Shown: positions 1 through 4,106 of the stretch, piece after piece | How positions within the stretch are numbered: the stretch's first letter is position 1 | Layout: every line of letters begins with the position of its first letter | IMG/VR virus record: IMGVR_UViG_2541047433_000013 | DNA length: 4,106 bases | Strand: one strand, 5' to 3' | From: a virus | Taxonomy: Duplodnaviria > Heunggongvirae > Uroviricota > Caudoviricetes | Translations under genes and position numbers: made by a program | Notes under the pieces: generated by a model | Database searches by the model: none | The model's input: only the letters and a program-made list of their open reading frames with translations | Told to the model about the DNA's origin: nothing

Positions 1-85
1 GGTCTTTCCTCGTTACCAGTGCCGTCACTATGACGGTTAAACAGATGACGATCAGGGCGATTAACATCGCCTTTTGCTGCTTCAT
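1..85 (-). CDS. hok: Hok/Gef-family type I toxin, 5' portion only (28 N-terminal codons; gene continues past the left edge)
   Basis: Reverse complement of 1..85 translates to MKQQKAMLIALIVICLTVIVTALVTRKD with ATG at 85..83. From memory this closely matches the N-terminal transmembrane region of HokD/RelF and Gef. AAGGAG Shine-Dalgarno at 100..95 sits 9 nt upstream of the ATG. Not in the ORF track because it is partial. Confidence 0.8.
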   Translation of the reverse strand, partial: MKQQKAMLIALIVICLTVIVTALVTRKD

Positions 86-158
86 AGCCTGCTTCTCCTT
101 GCCTTTCGGCACGTAAGAGGCTAACCTACATGTGTTCAGCATGGATTGAGCCTCAGAT

Positions 159-193
159 TAATGTTAAGCGTCTTGCAGGACGCGTAATGTTAA
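159..193. repeat. 9-bp direct repeat TAATGTTAA (159..167 and 185..193) flanking a 5-bp inverted repeat GCGTC/GACGC (168..172 and 179..183, loop TTGCAG)
   Basis: Read directly from the sequence. It lies in the predicted hok mRNA leader, or equally in the predicted antisense (Sok-like) region. Confidence 0.4.
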
Positions 194-260
194 CTGGGGC
201 TTTTCTCTATCTGCCGTTGGTGTTCATGCCCGAGGCAGATAGCCTCAAGCACCCGCAGCA

Positions 261-288
261 ATTCTACTTAACTATCCTTTTCCCGCAA
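261..288 (-). promoter_or_regulatory. Candidate sigma70 promoter for the hok transcript
   Basis: On the minus strand: TTGCGG (288..283), a 16-nt spacer, then TAGAAT (266..261). The implied start near 254 would place the hok ATG about 170 nt into the transcript, comparable to what I recall for plasmid R1 hok mRNA. Prediction from sequence only. Confidence 0.25.
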
Positions 289-321
289 ACCGTTTTTATC
301 CCCAGCGGCAAATCGAATACA

Positions 322-329
322 CCACCAGC
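322..329 (-). other. Chi octamer 5'-GCTGGTGG-3' (minus-strand sense)
   Basis: The plus strand reads CCACCAGC at 322..329, an exact reverse complement of Chi. It is the only copy I found in the window. Function is inferred from the motif alone. Confidence 0.5.
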
Positions 330-375
330 GCCACCGCCATCGCAATTCCTACCGTTGTGAATGCTTCAGGCCAGG

Positions 376-933
376 TCATTGATTCACCTCCTGCGGCGGT
401 TCTGGTAGCGACATCCAGTGGGTTGCTTGCCTAAGATCATTACCCGGACTAACTGCTATACCTCCGCGCCGGAACGTGCCTCCGAGATAGCGTGCGGAAT
501 ATATTAATGGCCCAGCCTCGCTATCGATATTCATCGAAATAAGCACGTTCTGGCTCTTTTCAGGCATTCGCTCAGTACAGCTTATCCAGCCATCCAGAGT
601 TATCGGAGATCTGGTTGACGTTTCCGAGATTTCCCGAAAATTGTTGGTTGACGAATTCTTATTTTCCCGAAAGTTTCCGGCCTGAAGCATGGCGACGCGG
701 CAGGCGTTCCAGCCATCAGCATATGTTTTAGTTACACCGTCGAGATGGCAGGTAAGCAAATCCATTTCATCAGGCACTACCATTGCTATCGGCTCTGCTT
801 CCAGTGATGCCAGCGCGATACGAAACACATTAGCCAGCAGGCTGTCTGAAGACTTGTTATCGTGCGCCGAGTCGCTCAGGAAGCCTGTGATGTATGATTT
901 AATCTCCGCGCGTTCTCTGGTAATAGTGCTCAT
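376..933 (-). CDS. Phage protein, 185 aa, with a C-terminal DUF551-like domain
   Basis: ORF in the track. AAGGAAA Shine-Dalgarno 7 nt upstream of ATG 933..931. The start lies 1 nt after the stop of the upstream 72-aa ORF. The C-terminal part (DGWISCTERMPE...THWMSLPEPP) resembles the DUF551 signature as I remember it; family assignment is from memory. Confidence 0.7.
   Translation of the reverse strand: MSTITRERAEIKSYITGFLSDSAHDNKSSDSLLANVFRIALASLEAEPIAMVVPDEMDLLTCHLDGVTKTYADGWNACRVAMLQAGNFRENKNSSTNNFREISETSTRSPITLDGWISCTERMPEKSQNVLISMNIDSEAGPLIYSARYLGGTFRRGGIAVSPGNDLRQATHWMSLPEPPQEVNQ
611..676 (-). repeat. Imperfect tandem duplication of a 33-bp unit inside the 185-aa gene
   Basis: Units 611..643 and 644..676 share ggttgacg and tttcccgaaa blocks, about 24 of 33 positions identical by my hand alignment. 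In the protein this is an 11-residue repeat (NFRENKNSSTN / NFREISETSTR) between the N-terminal region and the DUF551-like domain. Confidence 0.4.
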
Positions 934-934
934 A

Positions 935-1153
935 TCAGTTTTCCTTATACGGATTAATTTTATTGTGCAGTGCGCTGAATGATTCCCATGTCACATCGGT
1001 ATATAGCTCAATAACTGGTTCAAATGTCCTTCCAATTATCCAGACCAGTAATAGCGGGGATATCGGTATCATCAACACTATAAACAGAATGAAAAACAGA
1101 AACTCTGTTGTTCTGCTCTTTCGTGGGTAATTTTTTTCTAAATAATGTTTCAT
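935..1153 (-). CDS. Small single-pass membrane protein, 72 aa, function unknown
   Basis: ORF in the track with ATG at 1153..1151. It has a basic N-terminus (RKSR) followed by a hydrophobic stretch (FLFFILFIVLMIPISPLLLVWIIG). The gene and its upstream region are visibly AT-rich compared with the neighbouring genes. Confidence 0.6.
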   Translation of the reverse strand: MKHYLEKNYPRKSRTTEFLFFILFIVLMIPISPLLLVWIIGRTFEPVIELYTDVTWESFSALHNKINPYKEN

Positions 1154-1159
1154 TTCTTA

Positions 1160-1181
1160 CCGCCCTTTCGGGCGGCCTCCT
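1160..1181 (-). promoter_or_regulatory. Structured translation-initiation region: AGGAGG Shine-Dalgarno, then a 6-bp G:C stem with GAAA tetraloop, then UAAGAA-AUG
   Basis: In RNA sense: AGGAGG (1181..1176), CCGCCC-GAAA-GGGCGG (1175..1160), UAAGAA, then AUG (1153..1151). Read directly from the sequence. Confidence 0.35.
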
Positions 1182-1276
1182 GATGTTCTGAGGGTGCAGG
1201 AATCCCTCCGGTTAAGGATTTAATAAAAATCATTTCTGATTTAAATTTTCAGTGTTTAGTTGTTGGTTTATAGCCT

Positions 1277-1588
1277 TTATGCTTCGGCCTTATTTCTCAG
1301 CCATACACAAACAGGACCATCTTCGGTGTCATGTATCGAACCGATAAACCATCCCTCACCTTCTGGTCGCTCAGGTTCCCATGCTGAAATATCAGGGCCA
1401 TCTGCGTCCAGATTAAAATCATCTTCATCCATACTACGGATAGCCCACTGAAGATTATTTTTCTCCATCCAGGCGTTAAACTCTTCCGTTGAAATATATT
1501 CCCGACCATCACAGAATTTTTCATATTCAGGATGCGTCCAGCAGCCATATTCATTACGTTCCACTGGCATTTCTTTAATTACGCTCAT
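1277..1588 (-). CDS. Hypothetical phage protein, 103 aa, acidic and Trp-rich
   Basis: ORF in the track. The ATG at 1588..1586 overlaps the TGA of the upstream small ORF (ATGA). A G-rich Shine-Dalgarno (AAGGGGGG) lies immediately upstream. No family recognised. Confidence 0.7.
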   Translation of the reverse strand: MSVIKEMPVERNEYGCWTHPEYEKFCDGREYISTEEFNAWMEKNNLQWAIRSMDEDDFNLDADGPDISAWEPERPEGEGWFIGSIHDTEDGPVCVWLRNKAEA

Positions 1589-1737
1589 TTACCCCCCTTA
1601 TTTAATTTTCTACGACACTTTTTACAATCATCTGGACTTTCGAATGTATCCGGCTCACGCTCATTGCCAAAATACATCCACCCACCGCAAATACTTGTTA
1701 TTTCACCTTCAGCAAAATAATGATGTTTTTTCGCCAT
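1585..1737 (-). CDS. Small Cys/His-containing protein, about 50 aa, possible metal-binding mini-protein
   Basis: The track ORF 1585..1773 starts with GTG. I prefer the internal ATG at 1737..1735 (MAKKHHYF...), which is preceded by AAGG. The protein has HH near the N-terminus and three Cys (ICGG, DDCKKC). Its stop overlaps the next start by 4 nt. Confidence 0.45.
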   Translation of the reverse strand: MAKKHHYFAEGEITSICGGWMYFGNEREPDTFESPDDCKKCRRKLNKGGK

Positions 1738-1769
1738 AAGTGGCCTTGCCCAGCCCGGATTCGTTTTAC

Positions 1770-2126
1770 TCACTTGTTGCCTCCTTTGCGAAGCTCTGCG
1801 ACTAACTCGTCACATATGTGCGTCAAAGAGCAAAGTTTGATTGCTGGATGTTCGCGCACCATCTCCACACCCTGCGCCCGCAATTCTGCCAGAAAAGCGT
1901 AGGGGTCAGTTTTTTCACTGTGGTACATGGCATCATAGATAATCATTGCAGCGACACCTGCCTGTCCTGCATCTGTGACGGATATATGCTCAAGGGCTAC
2001 GGCCATTGCGTGTTTCAACCTCTCATTTTCCACCTCAAGCACCACACGATTAGCCTCCAGCTCTTCTATGCGTTTTTTTGCTGCTCCCAGCTCAACACGC
2101 AGCTCCTGATAGTTAATCTCGCTCAT
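1770..2126 (-). CDS. Hypothetical phage protein, 118 aa, with a probable coiled-coil N-terminus
   Basis: ORF in the track. The ATG at 2126..2124 overlaps the upstream stop (ATGA). GGGAGG lies 7 nt upstream. The N-terminal 40 residues are rich in E/L/K/R with a heptad-like pattern. Confidence 0.65.
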   Translation of the reverse strand: MSEINYQELRVELGAAKKRIEELEANRVVLEVENERLKHAMAVALEHISVTDAGQAGVAAMIIYDAMYHSEKTDPYAFLAELRAQGVEMVREHPAIKLCSLTHICDELVAELRKGGNK

Positions 2127-2347
2127 TCTCCTTCCTCCCGCACTGCTGTTTTATATGCCCGAAGCACATGCGATGTTTTTCCTGACACAGTGCTTCTCAG
2201 AAAGAAAATTCCACTGGTGTTTATTACCAGATACGGGTCAGCAAGACGCAGCATATCCAGTATGTGATTATGTTTTCTTGTTTCCAGCACCGTACTTGAA
2301 ATAAGCATATGTGACACGGGGCCGAAATCATGATATCTGATTTTCAT
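2123..2347 (-). CDS. Hypothetical phage protein, 74 aa
   Basis: ORF in the track with ATG at 2347..2345. AGGGTG Shine-Dalgarno about 6 nt upstream. It sits 21 nt downstream of the preceding gene's stop and its own stop overlaps the next start. Confidence 0.55.
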   Translation of the reverse strand: MKIRYHDFGPVSHMLISSTVLETRKHNHILDMLRLADPYLVINTSGIFFLRSTVSGKTSHVLRAYKTAVREEGE

Positions 2348-2368
2348 ATCATCACCCTGCTGTAAAAA

Positions 2369-3079
2369 TTACCCGTTATCTCCTGTCGTTATTTTCTGTA
2401 TGACATCACGATGCTTATTAATTTCCCGCAGCGCGGCGCATAAGCGCTCCCACTTCTGAACCTGACCTTTTGCCCGGCGCAGCTCGCGGTTAGCCACATG
2501 CAGCGATGGTAAAATCAGACCATCCGGATGCTTTCTGATGAACGACGACTGTGACTGCACTGTGACCGCCACACTTTCCGTTTTTATTTCTTCCTGTGTT
2601 TCCGCTTCCCGGACTGGTAACGCAACACCTGCTGGCTGAGGAAAGGCTTTACCATCCGTTTCCGTTATGGATGCGGCTTTCGGCTCTGCCGGTAAATTAT
2701 CGCCCGGTATGCAGTAACGATATTTACCGTCCTGATTCACGCGAATCAGACGCCCTTTGCTGACAGCCATCGCCAGTGATGAATTCGCCCGGCGGGAGGT
2801 AATCCCGAACATTAGCGCCAGTTCGTCAGCCGTTTGTGGGCCATGATGTTCAATCGCCTCAGTCAGCATTTGCGCTGTCACTTTCGGTACCGGTGACACT
2901 GGTTCACTTTCACCAGTCTGAGTCAGCCACCACATCGACCCCTTGTTATCCGCTTCACCACGGCGCTTCAGTTTCCACAGTTCGTTGACAGCATCTTCGC
3001 GGCTGATTCCAAGGCGCGATGCCACTACCTGTGAAGAGGCTTTTTTCAGTGCTTTCAGTGCGTCAAATACGGTTTCCAT
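2369..3079 (-). CDS. Tandem winged-helix phage protein, about 236 aa (DUF1627-like), in the position lambda ren occupies after P
   Basis: The track ORF starts with TTG at 3097. I prefer ATG at 3079..3077 (METVFDALK...), which has GGAGG 8 nt upstream. Two segments look like winged-helix HTH units ([10 protein letters not shown]...[10 protein letters not shown] and [10 protein letters not shown]...[10 protein letters not shown]). DUF1627 assignment is from memory. Confidence 0.75.
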   Translation of the reverse strand: METVFDALKALKKASSQVVASRLGISREDAVNELWKLKRRGEADNKGSMWWLTQTGESEPVSPVPKVTAQMLTEAIEHHGPQTADELALMFGITSRRANSSLAMAVSKGRLIRVNQDGKYRYCIPGDNLPAEPKAASITETDGKAFPQPAGVALPVREAETQEEIKTESVAVTVQSQSSFIRKHPDGLILPSLHVANRELRRAKGQVQKWERLCAALREINKHRDVIQKITTGDNG

Positions 3080-3112
3080 TAATATTTCCTCCGACAAAAT
3101 CGTTTCTCAGAT

Positions 3113-3775
3113 TCAAATAAAACCAGCTGCCTTCCGGCGTTCGTATTCCTGTTTCAGCCGTTCAATTGGCGTTGGCCCTTGCGGGTGTTTCGCCCCTTCC
3201 AGTTGTCGTCGCACTGGCGGAACACTCATCCCGTTACCAACATGCTTTGCCCATTTCGTCAGTTGCCGTTCCGCAAGTCGTTTTAACTCACCTTGCGTCA
3301 TCTGGCGCTCAATCCCTCTGGTACGCATTTCGAGGCAGATGTGGTACAGCACAGGCTGTGGCCACGGGTATTTATCACTCCCGTCGTATCGCCAGGATTC
3401 ATTGCGCCAGCGCCGGTACTCTTCCATCACGGCATCCACCGTAAGACCAAATGGATTTGCCCCACTCTCCGAAATCAGCGCAACAAACTCAGCCAGGTCC
3501 GGGGGCCACGTTTCACCCGCCCGGCAGCGGTCCATGCACTGACGGCACACCAGACGGATTTGCTGTTCAGTCATCGCACCAATCTGGGCAATCCAGAGCT
3601 TCGAAGGTGCGGCCCCGTTCTTCTGAGTCCAGCGGTTCGAATACACCTCCCCCATGAGCTCCCACAGCTTCCAGGCCGTTTCCGTTGCTGATAAATCCGT
3701 TGTCACGTTCCCACTGTTCGCGTGCAGCCCGGATTTCCTGAACTGCCCGTGATGCCGTGCCACCTGATGCTGCAT
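3113..3775 (-). CDS. Lambda-P-like replication protein (DnaB helicase loader)
   Basis: ORF in the track. The C-terminal half aligns by eye with lambda P as I recall it (conserved YPW, ELRR/ELKR and PVxxQL blocks; MTEQQ versus TMEQV). AAGGGGGG Shine-Dalgarno 5 nt upstream of ATG 3775..3773. Alternative starts are ATG 3655 and ATG 3574. Confidence 0.8.
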   Translation of the reverse strand: MQHQVARHHGQFRKSGLHANSGNVTTDLSATETAWKLWELMGEVYSNRWTQKNGAAPSKLWIAQIGAMTEQQIRLVCRQCMDRCRAGETWPPDLAEFVALISESGANPFGLTVDAVMEEYRRWRNESWRYDGSDKYPWPQPVLYHICLEMRTRGIERQMTQGELKRLAERQLTKWAKHVGNGMSVPPVRRQLEGAKHPQGPTPIERLKQEYERRKAAGFI

Positions 3776-4106
3776 GGCTTCCCCCCTTGCTGACTGGTTT
3801 TACCTGTGCCCTGACGTGCTGCACGTGGCGGGCAAATTTCTGCTCCCACTGAACCTGCGTGAAAACCTTCCCCTCCGCCATCCAGTAATCCCGGAATGCG
3901 GCAAGCTCAGCAGGTGTAAATTCCGGCTCAGGCAGAGCCATACCCCACACTGCTGCCCGTTGTCGAAAATCCGGCGACGGCTGCCAGACAGTAGTCATCG
4001 AAAATTTCCCGATCGGTTCGCTCAGGCCGTCCAGGTATTCAGGTTCGGCTGTCTGCAACGGCGCACCATTCGACTCACTGGTCGGAATACTCTCGCGCGC
4101 GTTATG
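3567..4106 (-). CDS. Replication initiator with a DnaT-like domain, 3' portion (reading frame open to the right edge, so the N-terminus is outside the window)
   Basis: The track ORF 3567..4058 begins at a TTG, but the frame stays open through 4106. The segment GKFSMTTVWQPSPDF...YWMAEGKVFTQVQWEQKFARHV resembles the C-terminal domain of E. coli primosomal protein DnaT (GKFAMYPDWQPDADF...[22 protein letters not shown]), recalled from memory. Confidence 0.8.
   Translation of the reverse strand, partial: HNARESIPTSESNGAPLQTAEPEYLDGLSEPIGKFSMTTVWQPSPDFRQRAAVWGMALPEPEFTPAELAAFRDYWMAEGKVFTQVQWEQKFARHVQHVRAQVKPVSKGGSHAASGGTASRAVQEIRAAREQWERDNGFISNGNGLEAVGAHGGGVFEPLDSEERGRTFEALDCPDWCDD

Noticed and set aside
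86-142. A mok-like overlapping frame in a different frame from hok
   Set aside because: The only other frame open across the hok start has no ATG, GTG or TTG upstream of it in the leader. Only the in-frame ATG at 142 and GTG at 112 exist, so a classical out-of-frame mok is not supported by this sequence.
130-360. Plus-strand 76-aa ORF (MCSAWIEPQ...) from the track
   Set aside because: It lies antisense to the hok leader and promoter region, has no convincing Shine-Dalgarno, and its proline run comes from the CCACC repeats and Chi motif. It is more likely non-coding; any real plus-strand product here would be a short antisense RNA.
689-982. Plus-strand 97-aa ORF
   Set aside because: It is entirely antisense to the better-supported 185-aa and 72-aa minus-strand genes and has no independent support.
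1160-1175. GC hairpin considered as a rho-independent terminator
   Set aside because: There is no U-tract after the stem on either strand. On the minus strand it is followed by UAAGAA-AUG, so it fits a translation-initiation structure better than a terminator.
1738-1773. GTG start at 1773 for the small Cys/His ORF (62-aa version)
   Set aside because: The internal ATG at 1737 with an AAGG motif upstream seems more likely, though the GTG would give a 4-nt overlap with the 118-aa stop and cannot be excluded.
1260-1902. Track ORFs 1260..1451 (+), 1297..1554 (-), 1532..1720 (+) and 1720..1902 (+)
   Set aside because: These are alternative-frame or antisense shadows of the 103-aa, small Cys/His and 118-aa genes. 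The chosen genes have Shine-Dalgarno sequences and form a coupled chain; these do not.
1818-2267. Plus-strand 149-aa ORF
   Set aside because: It is antisense to the 118-aa and 74-aa genes and its Cys/His-rich, low-complexity translation looks like an antisense artefact.
3079-3097. TTG start at 3097 for the DUF1627-like gene, as in the track
   Set aside because: The in-frame ATG at 3079..3077 has a strong GGAGG at ideal spacing, while the TTG has no comparable site. I call the start at 3079.
2943-3691. Plus-strand ORFs 2943..3542, 3166..3444, 3293..3691 and 3451..3657
   Set aside because: They are antisense to the DUF1627-like and P-like genes in a GC-rich region where long open frames arise by chance. 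Their translations are Ser/Arg/Pro-rich, and the P-like similarity supports the minus strand.
1-4106. CRISPR arrays, tRNA or rRNA genes, integrase, transposase or attachment sites
   Set aside because: I found no regularly spaced repeats, no cloverleaf-like candidates and no recombinase-like ORFs. The window is entirely a prophage early-region interior.

Overview
This window reads as the early-right (replication to nin-like) arm of a lambdoid prophage of the E. coli/Enterobacteriaceae type, in reverse orientation: every supportable gene is on the minus strand. All identifications rest on my own reading and on protein similarities recalled from memory; no searches were run. From right to left the order is: the 3' part of a replication initiator with a DnaT-like domain (runs off the right edge), a lambda-P-like helicase loader, a roughly 236-aa tandem winged-helix protein (DUF1627-like), four tightly coupled small ORFs (74, 118, about 50 and 103 aa), an AT-rich unit encoding a 72-aa single-pass membrane protein, a 185-aa DUF551-like protein, and the 5' end of a Hok/Gef-family type I toxin gene that runs off the left edge. 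No tRNA, rRNA, CRISPR, integrase or transposase is visible. The most interesting points are the roughly 209-bp out-of-frame overlap between the initiator and loader genes, the structured translation-initiation region of the membrane-protein gene, the uncharacterised small-gene cassette, and the hok leader with its predicted antisense partner.
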